Notes: a model not told the origin generated them from the sequence alone. A stretch of DNA of 64,000 nt from Spirochaetota bacterium (GCA_009786125.1 WQTU01000138.1:12721-76720), one strand, 5' to 3'. Counted from the first letter of the stretch, positions 1 to 12,193 are shown. Numbers and translations: made by a program.

Positions 1-1034
1 ACAAGATTCCCCAGGAAAATGCAGCTGCAAAAAAATGCCCGGAGTGCAATGGTGAGCTTACAGACTCCAGAAAATTCAACCTTATGTTTAAAACATTTAT
101 GGGTCCTGTTGAAGATGGCGGCAATCTTGTTTATCTTCGCCCCGAAACAGCGCAAGGTATTTATGTAAATTTCAAAAATGTTGTGCAGACAAGCAGGGTA
201 AAAGTGCCGTTTGGCATTGCCCAGGTTGGAAAAGCATTCAGAAACGAGATAACTACTAAAAATTTTATATTCAGAACCTGCGAGTTTGAACAATTGGAAA
301 TGCAGTATTTTGTTGCGCCGGGCGAAGATGATGAGTGGTTCGAATTCTGGAAAAAAGCGCGCTGGGATTATTACAAAAAACTTGGGGTTCGGCACAGCAA
401 GCTTAGGTTTCATCAGCATGGTCCCGGAGAGCTTGCGCATTACGCAAAAGTTGCGTTTGACATTGAGTATGAATTCCCAATGGGCTGGCAGGAGCTTGAA
501 GGCATTCACAACAGAACAGATTACGACCTTGCGCGCCACTCGGAATTTTCCGGCAAAGATCAGTCATATCTTGATGAAGAAACAAAGAAAAAATATATCC
601 CCTACGTTGTTGAAACATCAGCAGGGCTTACAAGAACTGTTCTTGCTGTTCTTTCGGATGCTTACGAAGAGCAGGAAGTCGAAGCAGGGGATACAAGGGT
701 TGTAATGCACTTTCACCCGGCAATTGCACCTGTAAAGCTTGGAGTATTTCCGCTTGTAAAAAAAGACGGGCTTGCAGAGCTTGCGCAGAATATAGAGAAA
801 GATCTTAGGGAAGATTTTACAACTTTTTACGACCACGGCGGCGCAATAGGAAGAAGATACAGAAGGCAAGACGAAGTTGGTACCCCATATTGCATTACAA
901 TAGACTACCAGACAAAAGAAGATAATACAGTAACGCTGCGTTACAGGGATTCAATGGAGCAGGTAAGGGTGAAAGTCGCAGAGATTCCTGAATTTATAAG
1001 AAAAGCAGACAAGGAATACAGGAGAGAGGAATAA
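1..1034 (+). CDS. glyQS: glycyl-tRNA synthetase (dimeric class II), 5'-truncated at window edge
   Basis: The frame is open from nt 3 (KIPQENAAAKKCPECNGELTDSRKFNLMFKT...), typical of the GlyRS anticodon-binding/C-terminal region; the listed ORF 84-1034 is only the part after an internal Met. Confidence 0.88.
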   Translation, partial: KIPQENAAAKKCPECNGELTDSRKFNLMFKTFMGPVEDGGNLVYLRPETAQGIYVNFKNVVQTSRVKVPFGIAQVGKAFRNEITTKNFIFRTCEFEQLEMQYFVAPGEDDEWFEFWKKARWDYYKKLGVRHSKLRFHQHGPGELAHYAKVAFDIEYEFPMGWQELEGIHNRTDYDLARHSEFSGKDQSYLDEETKKKYIPYVVETSAGLTRTVLAVLSDAYEEQEVEAGDTRVVMHFHPAIAPVKLGVFPLVKKDGLAELAQNIEKDLREDFTTFYDHGGAIGRRYRRQDEVGTPYCITIDYQTKEDNTVTLRYRDSMEQVRVKVAEIPEFIRKADKEYRREE

Positions 1035-2266
1035 TGAATAAAGTTTTAGCGCTGCTTCAGGAGCGCGGGTTTGTAAAACAGTGTACAAACCTGGAGCTTC
1101 TCGACAGCAAACTTACGAACAGCCAGCTTACATTTTACTGCGGATTTGATCCAACAGGACCAACTCTTCACGCAGGACACCTTGTCCCGCTTTTTGCAAT
1201 GGCGCATTTGAGCAAAGCCGGGCACAAGGCAATAGCTCTTGTTGGCGGCGGAACAGCAAGAATCGGAGACCCTTCCGGCAAAATAGAGATGAGAAAAATC
1301 ATCTCTAACGAAGAAGTAAAAGCAAATGCACAAAGCATTAAAAAGCAAATAGAAAAGTTTATAGACTTTAGCGAAAACAAAGCAATGCTTGTAGATAACG
1401 CAGACTGGCTTACGAATTTAAACTATATAGATTTTTTGCGCGAGATTGGCTGCCACTTTTCTGTAAACAGAATGCTTAGTTTTGAGACATATAAAAACAG
1501 GCTTGAGCATGGGCTTTCGTTTATTGAATTTAATTACCAGCTTTTGCAATCTTACGATTTTCTTGTTTTAAGAAGAAATTACAATTGCGAGATGCAGATA
1601 GGCGGAGATGATCAGTGGGGGAATATTGTTGCCGGCGCAGATCTTATAAGAAGAATGGATAGCAAAGAGGTTGTCGGACTTACTTTTCCTTTGGTAACGC
1701 GCTCGGATGGAAAGAAAATGGGAAAAACAGAAAAAGGCGCTCTTTTTCTTGATCCTAATGTTGTTTCTCCTTACGAATTTTTCCAGTATTGGAGAAATGT
1801 TGCAGATGCAGATGTTGAAAAATTTCTTTACCTTTATACATTTTTGCCCGGCGAGGAAATTCGGGAACTTGGAAAGCTTAAAGACCAGGAAATAAACAGG
1901 GCAAAAGAAATTCTTGCTTATGAGATAACGAAGATAATACATGGCGAAGAAGAGGCGGAAAAAGCAAAAGAAGCGGCAGGCGCTGCATTCGGCGGAGGAG
2001 CAGACGGAGATAAATCTTCGATTCCGTCGATAGAGATTCAGGAGTTTGAATTAACAGCAGGAATAAATGTTATTGACCTTTTTGCAAAAACAACTTTGTG
2101 TGAATCAAAAGCAGAAGCCAGAAGGCTGGTAACCCAGGGCGGAGCAGTGGTGTCCGAAGAAAAAATATCAAGCGTAGATGCTGTAATTGATTCTTCCTAT
2201 ATAAGGGATGGAGAAATTATGCTAAAAGCCGGAAAAAAAAGGTATTTTAGGTTAATTGTAAAATGA
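1034..2266 (+). CDS. tyrS: tyrosyl-tRNA synthetase
   Basis: HLGHL-type HIGH motif (LHAGHLVPL), KMGKTE (KMSKS) motif and a C-terminal S4-like domain; 410 aa. Confidence 0.95.
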   Translation: MNKVLALLQERGFVKQCTNLELLDSKLTNSQLTFYCGFDPTGPTLHAGHLVPLFAMAHLSKAGHKAIALVGGGTARIGDPSGKIEMRKIISNEEVKANAQSIKKQIEKFIDFSENKAMLVDNADWLTNLNYIDFLREIGCHFSVNRMLSFETYKNRLEHGLSFIEFNYQLLQSYDFLVLRRNYNCEMQIGGDDQWGNIVAGADLIRRMDSKEVVGLTFPLVTRSDGKKMGKTEKGALFLDPNVVSPYEFFQYWRNVADADVEKFLYLYTFLPGEEIRELGKLKDQEINRAKEILAYEITKIIHGEEEAEKAKEAAGAAFGGGADGDKSSIPSIEIQEFELTAGINVIDLFAKTTLCESKAEARRLVTQGGAVVSEEKISSVDAVIDSSYIRDGEIMLKAGKKRYFRLIVK

Positions 2267-3543
2267 GCCCAAAAAGACTTTTTGTCTCGATCGCGGCGCG
2301 CCAAGACACTGCGTTCGTGCTGCGCGCAAGACGCGGCATCCATGCCGCAATACTATTCTTTATTGTAATAGCGTATTCTCATGCACAAACGTCTGTGGAC
2401 AGCGAAGGCAGGTTTACGCCGATTTTTATGTATCCCGGTAACTTTCAGACAAGAACCGTATACAATCTAAGTATAAGGGAAAATAATAGATTTATTGCGC
2501 ATATGGTTAGGGAAGTGCGGGAAAGATATTCGCTTGTTGCGCAAACCGAGGATGAAAAAAAATTCGCAGGGACAGCCTTTATTTTTGAAACGCGGCAAAG
2601 GGGCGGGGTACCGGTTGCTAGGAGAATAGAGAATATAGTTAACGGAAGTTTTACTGTAGACCTGCATGGCGGTGTTGAAAGAGCGGATAACTCATATTTT
2701 CCTTTGCGCGTTGGGTTTCCTGTTTTTCCGAAAATGCAGGGCGTAAGACCCGGAGAAAGATGGATAGCAGAAGGCGAGCTTTTCGTAGACCCGCTGAGGA
2801 CCGGGCATTTTACAAGATTAAATATTATCGCGGAATACACATATACCGGGATAACGCACTTTCAGGGGATAGAGGTACATGCAATAACTGCGCAATACGC
2901 TTTGCGGTACCGCATGGGGGATGACCCGTACGGTGATGAGAATTTGCAAAGTGTTTCCGGCACGCACAGAATTACGATTTATCTTAGGACAGAAGACGCG
3001 CGGCCTTTTTTTATACAGAACAATATTACCGAAACTTATACGTTCGAAGGTTTAACTATTTCCAAACAGGGCTTTTCTCACACATGGTACACTGATGTAA
3101 CTCCAATGAGGCGCGATGTTGTAAAAAGGGGTCTTATGGACTCTATAATCGAAAGTACGCTGGATAACGAAGATTTCGAAATTACCGAAAGAGAAATTGG
3201 GGTCTCCTTAACTACCAGTAACATACATTTTGTTCCGGACAGCGCCGAGCTGCTGCCGGGCGAAAATCAAAAAATAGAGGTTATAGCTGCAATTTTGAGA
3301 AGAGTTCCGGACAGAACTTTTCTTGTTGTAGGCCATACTGCGGATGTTGGCACCAGAGAGAGCCAAATGACGCTTTCTGTGCAAAGAGCGGAAAGCATTG
3401 CCAGGCTTCTTACGCAGAGCGGTATAAGCGCAGAGAGAATTCTTTTTACAGGCAAAGGCGGAACCGAGCCGGCTGCGGATAACAGCATAGAAGAGGGGCG
3501 AGCCAGAAACCGCCGGGTTGAGATTATTATACTTGAGGATTAA
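2263..3543 (+). CDS. OmpA-family protein (C-terminal OmpA/MotB peptidoglycan-binding domain)
   Basis: The C-terminus (NIHFVPDSAELLP...LVVGHTADVGTRESQMTLSVQRAESIARLL...RRVEIIILE) is an OmpA-like domain; the N-terminus is hydrophobic. Confidence 0.75.
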   Translation: MSPKRLFVSIAARQDTAFVLRARRGIHAAILFFIVIAYSHAQTSVDSEGRFTPIFMYPGNFQTRTVYNLSIRENNRFIAHMVREVRERYSLVAQTEDEKKFAGTAFIFETRQRGGVPVARRIENIVNGSFTVDLHGGVERADNSYFPLRVGFPVFPKMQGVRPGERWIAEGELFVDPLRTGHFTRLNIIAEYTYTGITHFQGIEVHAITAQYALRYRMGDDPYGDENLQSVSGTHRITIYLRTEDARPFFIQNNITETYTFEGLTISKQGFSHTWYTDVTPMRRDVVKRGLMDSIIESTLDNEDFEITEREIGVSLTTSNIHFVPDSAELLPGENQKIEVIAAILRRVPDRTFLVVGHTADVGTRESQMTLSVQRAESIARLLTQSGISAERILFTGKGGTEPAADNSIEEGRARNRRVEIIILED

Positions 3544-3555
3544 CGCGGTGTTGTC

Positions 3556-4230
3556 TTGGTAAAACATATTCTTTTTGATGCAGACCAGACTTTATACCCT
3601 GCTTCTTCCGGCGTTGAAGCAGAGATGATACGGCGCATGAATATTTTTGTGGCAGAGTATCTTGGGGTTTCTGTTGAAGAGGCTAAATCTTTAAGAGCAA
3701 ACAGAGATAAAAAACATAACTCAACGCTCGAATGGCTGCAAAATGCCAAAGGGCTTGATAACCCGGAACCTTTTCTTGCAGCTACGCACCCCACGGATTT
3801 TGAAAACTTTTTTCCGAAAAATCCTGCTTTGATTAACTTGCTTTCGAAAATTACAGTGCCCTGCTCGATTTTTACCAATTCATGGGCGCGCCATGCAAAA
3901 AACATTCTGAAATACCTTGAAATTTCCCAATTTTTTACAAATATCTTTGACCTGTGTTTTAACAACTACTTTGGAAAGCCGCATCTCTCTGCATTTACAA
4001 ATGTTCTTGATTTTCTTGGGCTTGAGGCAAAAGATGTGCTTTTTATTGATGATGTAAAAAAGTTTACAGATATTTTCCATTCTCTTGGCGCTAATGTAAT
4101 TCTTGTTGATGAATTAAAAGTCCACCGCCACCCCCTGGGGATTTTTAATAAATATGATGCAAAAAAATATGATAAGGTGTATTATATAGAAGAAATAGAG
4201 CCCATCCTTGAAAAATTAAAGGTCATTTAA
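3556..4230 (+). CDS. HAD-superfamily hydrolase (pyrimidine 5'-nucleotidase-like), TTG start
   Basis: ILFDADQTLY (HAD motif I DxD) and FIDDVKK (motif IV). Confidence 0.7.
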   Translation: MVKHILFDADQTLYPASSGVEAEMIRRMNIFVAEYLGVSVEEAKSLRANRDKKHNSTLEWLQNAKGLDNPEPFLAATHPTDFENFFPKNPALINLLSKITVPCSIFTNSWARHAKNILKYLEISQFFTNIFDLCFNNYFGKPHLSAFTNVLDFLGLEAKDVLFIDDVKKFTDIFHSLGANVILVDELKVHRHPLGIFNKYDAKKYDKVYYIEEIEPILEKLKVI

Positions 4231-4304
4231 AAGGTTAAAAAGATATCAACTTTTTAATCATTTTTTAAATGCAGGGCAAAACATCAGTATAGAAGGAGTT
4301 TTAA

Positions 4305-5600
<1,296 letters not shown>

Positions 5601-5637
5601 ATTTCACTACCCCGTCTTGCGGCATTGCCGCAAGCCA

Positions 5638-5667
5638 CCCCTTCGCTGGCGAAGGGGATTTTTTTAT
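5638..5667 (+). terminator. rho-independent terminator after eno
   Basis: Hairpin ccccttcg-ctgg-cgaagggg followed by a T-run; a second hairpin (ttgcggcattgccgcaa) lies just upstream. Confidence 0.7.
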
Positions 5668-5954
5668 ATACATGTAAATTTACCGATTGATGGTTATATC
5701 GCGATATGGTTCGCACCAAGGCATAAAATTTTTCTCTAAAATGCCTTTGAGCAGCTCTCTGGACATACCGATAGTCGGTTTTCCAGGCAGCATTATACCA
5801 CACCCTGCTCTGTACAGACCAAAACACCGGGCAAAAAAAGAGCAGCTTTCACACGAAAGCTGCTCTTAAGGTAATAATTGCCAATTTTTTTCAAGAGAGC
5901 TAGCCAGAATCTAGCAGACTGTAATGCCTGTTATGAATCTCGGCTAGGCAGTCA

Positions 5955-8153
5955 TTATGCGATTTTAAATCGTTCCACCTCCTTTACCAGGAGATCAATG
6001 TTTTCCTTGTTTTTTACACTTATTTCATTGACTCTGGTTACTGCGATATTTATTTGCTGCGCTCCTGATGCCATTTCATTAATGCCATCAGTAATATCCT
6101 GGGTTACAATTTCCAGGTTTTTGCTTTCCTGAGAAACCTCCTTGCTGCCGTTAAACATTTCTATTGAACCGCCTTTGACCTGTCCGGTAATCTCATTGAG
6201 CTGACCGACTGCTTCAAGGATTTGCTTGCTTCCCTCGCTCTGCTCTTCCATTGCGCTGCGAATAACCTCTTCCTGCTCAGATACAGTTTTTACGCCTGAA
6301 TTAATAGCCTCGAACTTCTCAAGCACATTGCCTGTAGACTCTTTAATCTTGTCGATGGATTCCTTTATCTTCTTCAAAACCGCGCTTGTGGTCTTGGACT
6401 GTGCGCTGGAACTTTCGGCAAGCTGCCGGATTTCGTCAGCCACAACAGCGAAGCCTTTGCCTGCTTCTCCTGCGTGCGCTGCTTCGATGGCCGCGTTCAT
6501 CGAAAGAAGATTTGTCTGGCTGGCAATCTTTTGCATTACAGAGTTGATTTCCAAAAGACCTTCGGACTCCATAGCTATTTTCTGAATGTCCGCTGCTACA
6601 GTATGCAAACTTGCGCTGCCCACCTCAGAGTCGGAAGAAAGTTTGCTCACGCTGCCGCTGTTTTTAATGAGGGTTTGGGTTACGAACTGAATGTTGGCAA
6701 GCATTTCTTCTATGGCAGAAGATGACTGAGCTACGCTGGCTGCCTGGTTTTCCACATATCCGTTCAGCTTGCCGATATTGTCGGTAATCTGCTCCATAGT
6801 AGCGCTGGTCTGGGTTACAGACGCGCTTTGACTGAGCATTTTGCTTTTGATATTCTGGGTATTGGCGGTAATCTCGTTAACCGCTGCAGCAGTTTGGGTC
6901 ATGTTTGCGGCCAGTTCATTGCCGGTGTCCATCATTATTACTGTCTGCTCTTTAATGGTGCCGACAAGGTGTTTGATCTTCTCCATGGTTTTGTTAAAGT
7001 AACGCGACATGTCTGCGATCTCATCGTTGCCTTTTTCCGGAATAGCCCGCGTAAGGTCTCCGTCGCCTTCGGAAATATCTTTAAGAGTATCTGTTACCGA
7101 GACAATAGGTTTGGTAACATAGGCAAGAACTATAAAAACAATAACTGCTGTTATCAAAATAGCTATTAGCGCCAAAACTATGGTAAATTTGCTTATGGTT
7201 CGTACCTCGGCTTGAACATACTCTTCTGTGGTTCCGATCATTATTGACCATGTTGTGTCTGAGCTGCCAATCTGTACTGGCTGTATAACGAGCTCTATGT
7301 TGGTATCAAGAGTAGGATCATACGCGCTGTCTCTATATCCTTTTCCTTCAAGCACAGCCTGGTATGCAAGCTGAATATTCTTGCCGAATTCTTTATCTAC
7401 ATCGATCAGCTTTTTGCCAATTCTATCAGGAAGAAAATGCGCTAAAATAAATCCATTGCCGGAATAAATTATCATTATGGCGATTTCTTCGTGTTCCATG
7501 ATTGTTTTTTCCAATACAGGCTGGATTGGGGCGATATTTATGAGGCAGCCGACAGCTCCTACAGTTTCATTGGTTTGGGGATTGGTGATGGGAACCATGA
7601 ACCTGATCAGGTATGCACTGGTCCCGTTTATATTTCTGGCAAAAGGATGTTCTACTCTGTCGTTTTTCGAACTGCCGCCGTTAAAAAAAGTCATAGTGGC
7701 ATCTATATCTGTACTGGCTCTGCCCAGGATTTCGCCGGTTTCCCTGCTGAAAGCCATTGCATACTGCCCCGATGCGCCGGAGCCTGCCCGCCCTATAAAA
7801 TGAGCATCCATATTGTCAAGAGCATTGGGTTTCCAAATCGAATAGACAGTAATCATATCAGGTTCTGAAACCAAGGTGCTCTTGAGCATATCGTCAAAAC
7901 GGTCCCGGCGCTCCGCTGGCGGCAAATTCTCATAATTTGACATTACGTTTGCAATGGTGCGCAACGCCCGAAGATACCCTTCTTCTCTGCCTTTCCAATA
8001 TTCGGCTTGCTGGCTGGCCAAATATTGGATTCCGCGGAGACTTAAATCCGTGCTGATGCCGGAAGCCTTGTTTAAAAGCAACGCGGCAATTCCAGTGATA
8101 GCTACTGCCATGATAGCGATCACCAATAGACTTAATTTAATTTTGATTTTCAT
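5955..8153 (-). CDS. methyl-accepting chemotaxis protein (periplasmic Cache-like sensor, HAMP, MCP signalling domain)
   Basis: 732 aa with an N-terminal TM, a periplasmic domain, a second TM, and a C-terminal MCP signalling domain with repeated methylation-helix heptads (…[40 protein letters not shown]…). Confidence 0.9.
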   Translation of the reverse strand: MKIKIKLSLLVIAIMAVAITGIAALLLNKASGISTDLSLRGIQYLASQQAEYWKGREEGYLRALRTIANVMSNYENLPPAERRDRFDDMLKSTLVSEPDMITVYSIWKPNALDNMDAHFIGRAGSGASGQYAMAFSRETGEILGRASTDIDATMTFFNGGSSKNDRVEHPFARNINGTSAYLIRFMVPITNPQTNETVGAVGCLINIAPIQPVLEKTIMEHEEIAIMIIYSGNGFILAHFLPDRIGKKLIDVDKEFGKNIQLAYQAVLEGKGYRDSAYDPTLDTNIELVIQPVQIGSSDTTWSIMIGTTEEYVQAEVRTISKFTIVLALIAILITAVIVFIVLAYVTKPIVSVTDTLKDISEGDGDLTRAIPEKGNDEIADMSRYFNKTMEKIKHLVGTIKEQTVIMMDTGNELAANMTQTAAAVNEITANTQNIKSKMLSQSASVTQTSATMEQITDNIGKLNGYVENQAASVAQSSSAIEEMLANIQFVTQTLIKNSGSVSKLSSDSEVGSASLHTVAADIQKIAMESEGLLEINSVMQKIASQTNLLSMNAAIEAAHAGEAGKGFAVVADEIRQLAESSSAQSKTTSAVLKKIKESIDKIKESTGNVLEKFEAINSGVKTVSEQEEVIRSAMEEQSEGSKQILEAVGQLNEITGQVKGGSIEMFNGSKEVSQESKNLEIVTQDITDGINEMASGAQQINIAVTRVNEISVKNKENIDLLVKEVERFKIA

Positions 8154-8221
8154 GCAAATCTCCTTTGGCGGAAATCCGCCTCTTCAAATTTTTCTCTGCA
8201 AACACCAGCAATTGCCTGCAG

Positions 8222-8355
8222 GAAAAGCAGCGGCCAACGCGCCGGCTGTTTTCTGCGCCCCCTCCTTGCGGGCGCTTTATATCATCAATTTCAATTATCA
8301 TCTTTATTAAAAACCGCAAAATACCTTAATCTGAAAAAACCCGGTCGCAAAACCC
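8222..8355. repeat. 134-bp direct repeat copy 1 (downstream flank of cyclase-like gene 1)
   Basis: About 85% identical to 9205-9338 (aaagcagcggccaacgcgccggctg...tttatatcatcaatttcaattatcatcttta...ggtcgcaaaa). Confidence 0.8.
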
Positions 8356-8423
8356 ACCTTATTTACCGACAAAGCGAGAACCGCGGACAAGCTGCCTGGC
8401 GGTCGCTTTGCGCGTAATACCAT

Positions 8424-9080
8424 TTATTTTTTGTTATAAAACAGCGCATGTTCGTAATCTTCTTTTTTTAACCCTTTTATTCCGTGCAGCTTTTTTATAG
8501 TCTCCGGCGAGTCATCAACCCTAACCGGTACAAAGCCTAATTTTGCAGCAGAGGCATTTAATATCAAATTGTTGATGCTGGCTGCCGACTGCAATCTGCA
8601 GGCAAGGTTAATACCATATCCAATATAATCGCGGTACTTGAGCTGCGATATCTCGGCAGATATTTCGTACTTAAACACCTGTTCATTAACAAGCGCTCCT
8701 GCCAGCCCCATATCCGGGTATGACTTAAATAAATCTTTAGTTAAGAAATCTGTGTATGTATTAAATATGGCAAGCGCTTCCTCTGTCGAATATTTATCGT
8801 TCTTGTCCCAAATAACGAGCGCGCCGTCTCCCATAAGCTTGTAATATGAGCAGCCATGTCCAAAATGATTTATACAAGCCAAAAAGTTTGTTGTAAATTC
8901 CTTAATAAGCTTGCAAATGGCATCGCTTGTCTGGGATGATAAAAAATTGCTAAAATTACGAATATCGACGCATAGAATAAGCGCATTTTTACAGACTTTG
9001 TTTAAATATATGCCATCGAAAAGATCGATCGGCATTTTTTTAAGCCCGTCAAGGGAAGCAGTTTTTATTGCGGGTTTCAT
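8424..9080 (-). CDS. minimal class III nucleotidyl (adenylyl/guanylyl) cyclase-like protein, paralog 1
   Basis: Motifs LCVDIRNFSNF (FxDIxGFT-like, metal Asp), YKLMGDGALVIW (KxxGD, specificity Lys and second metal Asp) and YRDYIGYGINLACRLQS (DxxGxxVNxAxR, catalytic Asn/Arg); 218 aa, no other domains; own RBS aaaggag. Confidence 0.6.
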   Translation of the reverse strand: MKPAIKTASLDGLKKMPIDLFDGIYLNKVCKNALILCVDIRNFSNFLSSQTSDAICKLIKEFTTNFLACINHFGHGCSYYKLMGDGALVIWDKNDKYSTEEALAIFNTYTDFLTKDLFKSYPDMGLAGALVNEQVFKYEISAEISQLKYRDYIGYGINLACRLQSAASINNLILNASAAKLGFVPVRVDDSPETIKKLHGIKGLKKEDYEHALFYNKK

Positions 9081-9204
9081 AAATCTCCTTTGATCTCCTT
9101 TGCGAATCTAAGGAATTGCTGATTAAGAACCTACCATTTTAAAAAATTAATAGCAGGTTCTATTTGATTCTAATCAGCTGTTTCCTAATTCGCTTTTTCG
9201 TTCA

Positions 9205-9338
9205 AAGCAGCGGTCAACGCGCCGGCTGTATTCTCCGCCCTTCCTTCAGGCGCTTTATATCATCAATTTCAATTATCATCTTTATAAAAATGTGCAGAAT
9301 ACCTTAAAGTGAAAAAAGCGGGTCGCAAAATACACCCT
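9205..9338. repeat. 134-bp direct repeat copy 2 (upstream flank of cyclase-like gene 1)
   Basis: See copy 1 at 8222-8355. Confidence 0.8.
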
Positions 9339-9575
9339 TTTTGACAGGCTGATGAGATAGGTTTGTAGTTATACCGCGCACAAAGGCACAGCGGCACTAA
9401 GTTTTTTGGATGTGCTCAAAATCCCATTCCAATACACGACCATACCACTCTTTCCAAGGTAAGCTTGCAGCTGGTGCGTGAGCCATCCGCAGTGTCAGCG
9501 AGGACTCTGGCGAATCGCAACAGCCGCAAGCCGGGCGATAACGCGGTCGGCAAAGCCGACGGGTGGTGGAATTTC

Positions 9576-12182
9576 TTAGATTAGTTTTTTTTCCACAGCG
9601 ATGCGAATTAGGTCTGCCAGGTTTTTAGCGCCTGCTTTTGAGTAGATCATGTTGATCACCATTTTTACAGTATTAATCGAAAGGTTGTGGTTTTCTGCAA
9701 TTTCTGCACGCGAAAGACCGTGGGAAAGATCCAGGAGGATTTCGGTCTCCCTTGTCGATAGAGCGATATTGTCTGTAATATGCTTGACCTGCTTGTATTC
9801 TGTAACTACATGAGCCTGGCGTTTGGCATAGGTCGCGGCTTTTCGGTTGATTTTTTCCAGCCATGCTTTTGGGATAGCCGAAGCTGTATGCCGAAGATTT
9901 AGATGTGGATTTATTTCTGTTCCAGCAATATTCGGCGCCGCGGCAACAGCAGCGCCGCCTTCCTTTGCTGCCGCAGAAGTAAGAGTGCGCATATCTTTGC
10001 CCAGTTCAATAAAAGGCATCACAATATCATTAGGCTCTGCTGCCTTATAAGCCTCCAGCAGAGCAGCAAAAGCTTTTTTTTTGTCCTTCAGTTTATAATG
10101 CACACAAGCTTCCATTGCCAGCATTTCTATCCTGCCAAAGAGAAACGACTCCCGCTGCTTCATTTCCTGAATATACGCAAGAAGAGGAGAAAAGTTTCTT
10201 GTCATATAACAAAAGCGCGCTTTTAGCTGATTCCCAAAATTTTCAGTAAAAGCAGCATGGTCATAGGAAGAAAAATTTTCTTTAAGCCAGGCAGGCACAT
10301 TTTCCGGCAGGTCCAGAGCATAGTAATACCATGCAAGAGAAATATCGTAATTGATATAACGATGAGTATATTCATTTTCATCCAACTGATTTTTTGTTTC
10401 TTTCAGCGCCATTTCTGCATTTTCAAAATCCCCTTGCGCAAAGCTTATTCGCAAAGTATAAAGCAAAGCCCTGTGTGCAAACTCAAACTGTTTGTGCTTT
10501 GCTGCAAGGGAGAAAGCAAGAGCAATAAATTTTTCTGCTTCGCGTAAATCTCCCTGGTAAAACTTTAGCTCTCCCTTTGCCAGCTCGCTCTCTCCTGTTT
10601 CAATGTTATTAAAGCAGAGCGAGATAAAGTTAGATGCGCGGGTTAATGCACCGATAAATTTTTCAATAGCCCCTTTTTTGGGAGTGCCAACGCCGCAGAT
10701 CCATGCTCCCGGGCAGCGATTCGCGTATTTGCTGGGATCTGTAGGTCCCAAAAGGCAGTTGTAATATTTTTCAAAGTAAAGGTCAAAATCAAAGTTGTCG
10801 TCTGTTAGGCTCACTAAAAGGCGCAGAAAACCCCAGCAGTAATAGAGACCGCCCAAAGTGCGCTTCCTGAAAAGGCTATTTTTTGGCAGTTTGATGAATT
10901 TTGCCTCATAATATTCTGCCAGCTCAAGCGATTTTTGCCAGAGCCCCAGGCACATATAGCAGCGCAAGTGCATTATAGCAAGGAATTCCACTGTATCAAA
11001 AACCTCCGAAGGAGCTCTTTCAAAAATTTTTATTGCATATTGCGCAATGTCCGCAGGTATTTGAGCAGGTAACGCAAAAAAAATAGATACTATAGAGCTG
11101 TAGCTTCCTGCTTTTTCATAATAAGAGAGAGCATCTATCTTAAAATAATTCTTGCTGCACCAATCACCGGCAATTAAGTAGGTTTTCCGCTTTTCTTCCG
11201 CCGAGAGGAGCTCTTGTCTTTCAGAGAGAAATTCCAATAACAGATGGTGGATAAGATATGCATTTATATAGCTGTCCCTGCGCACATACGCGCTTTGCTT
11301 TTCCAGCTCGGCAATAAGGCTATCGTCATTTTCTGCCAGAAGATCAATAAGTTCAAAAGAGAGGTGACCAATAAGGGAGAGACGCACCAAAAAATTCTGC
11401 AGCCGGACGGAGACCCCATCCCAAATTTCTGTTTCCATTAGCCGGAAGATACTCGTCTTCATGGCATTGCGCAAATAGCCTTCGTAACCCGGCGCTTTTT
11501 GATACGACCGTGCGATAAGGTTTATTGCAAAGACCCAGCCTTCTGTATCCTGCATGATTCCGTGCAGACAATCTGCCTGAAGAGGAATATTTAGCTTTTG
11601 GAAATATTGAGCAAGTTCATTTTCTGTAAAGCGCAAATCGTTTTCACTTATGTTGAATATCCGGTCTTTGGAAACAAGGCTTGCAATATTGATGGATGGG
11701 GTGGAGCGGGAAATTATAACTATCGAAGTTCCGGGCATATTATGGGAGACACACTCTTCGATAAAATGAATTATAGAAGGATTTTCGATAAAATGAAAAT
11801 CATCAAAAACAATAACTCGCCGTTTAATCTCAGCAAGATCATGCACCAGGGACATGTATTTATTTTTTTTGTCTCTGGTATCCGGAAAACCAAGCTTGCC
11901 AGCTGCTTTGGCAAAAGGCACATTAATTTGCGCAAGAGAATAAGTATAGTTTTCCCAAAACCGCCCCCCCGCATTATCGCGTTCGGAAAGCTGTATCCAT
12001 ATTGTTGCTGTCTTGTACTCCTGCGCAAAGTCAGCAACTGCGCTGGTCTTGCCGTAGCCTGTTCCAGCGCATACAACAACCAGCGGATGACGCACAGCTT
12101 CTGTGAACAATCGGTTTATTCGCGGGCGTTCTAAATGGAAAAGAGAGCGATTTTCGTGGTGCCTTTTGAGTTTGTCTTCCAT
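9576..12182 (-). CDS. MalT-like STAND NTPase / LuxR-family transcriptional regulator (P-loop NTPase, helical/TPR-like region, C-terminal LuxR HTH)
   Basis: N-terminus RINRLF...LVVVCAGTGYGKTS is a Walker A like the MalT N-terminus; 868 aa; C-terminus LSTRETEILLDLSHGLSRAEIAENHNLSINTVKMVINMIYSKAG is a LuxR-type HTH. Confidence 0.8.
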   Translation of the reverse strand: MEDKLKRHHENRSLFHLERPRINRLFTEAVRHPLVVVCAGTGYGKTSAVADFAQEYKTATIWIQLSERDNAGGRFWENYTYSLAQINVPFAKAAGKLGFPDTRDKKNKYMSLVHDLAEIKRRVIVFDDFHFIENPSIIHFIEECVSHNMPGTSIVIISRSTPSINIASLVSKDRIFNISENDLRFTENELAQYFQKLNIPLQADCLHGIMQDTEGWVFAINLIARSYQKAPGYEGYLRNAMKTSIFRLMETEIWDGVSVRLQNFLVRLSLIGHLSFELIDLLAENDDSLIAELEKQSAYVRRDSYINAYLIHHLLLEFLSERQELLSAEEKRKTYLIAGDWCSKNYFKIDALSYYEKAGSYSSIVSIFFALPAQIPADIAQYAIKIFERAPSEVFDTVEFLAIMHLRCYMCLGLWQKSLELAEYYEAKFIKLPKNSLFRKRTLGGLYYCWGFLRLLVSLTDDNFDFDLYFEKYYNCLLGPTDPSKYANRCPGAWICGVGTPKKGAIEKFIGALTRASNFISLCFNNIETGESELAKGELKFYQGDLREAEKFIALAFSLAAKHKQFEFAHRALLYTLRISFAQGDFENAEMALKETKNQLDENEYTHRYINYDISLAWYYYALDLPENVPAWLKENFSSYDHAAFTENFGNQLKARFCYMTRNFSPLLAYIQEMKQRESFLFGRIEMLAMEACVHYKLKDKKKAFAALLEAYKAAEPNDIVMPFIELGKDMRTLTSAAAKEGGAAVAAAPNIAGTEINPHLNLRHTASAIPKAWLEKINRKAATYAKRQAHVVTEYKQVKHITDNIALSTRETEILLDLSHGLSRAEIAENHNLSINTVKMVINMIYSKAGAKNLADLIRIAVEKKLI

Positions 12183-12193
12183 AATATACTAGT

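Noticed and set aside
6226-7868. Multiple 80-125-aa ORFs on the plus strand
   Set aside because: They are antisense within the 732-aa MCP gene, whose conserved MCP signalling domain fixes the true frame.
9339-9575. Possible small gene, tRNA or ncRNA between the STAND gene and cyclase 1
   Set aside because: No cloverleaf could be folded, and only a terminator-like hairpin (gtcggctttgccgac) without a T-run was found; it stays unannotated intergenic sequence.
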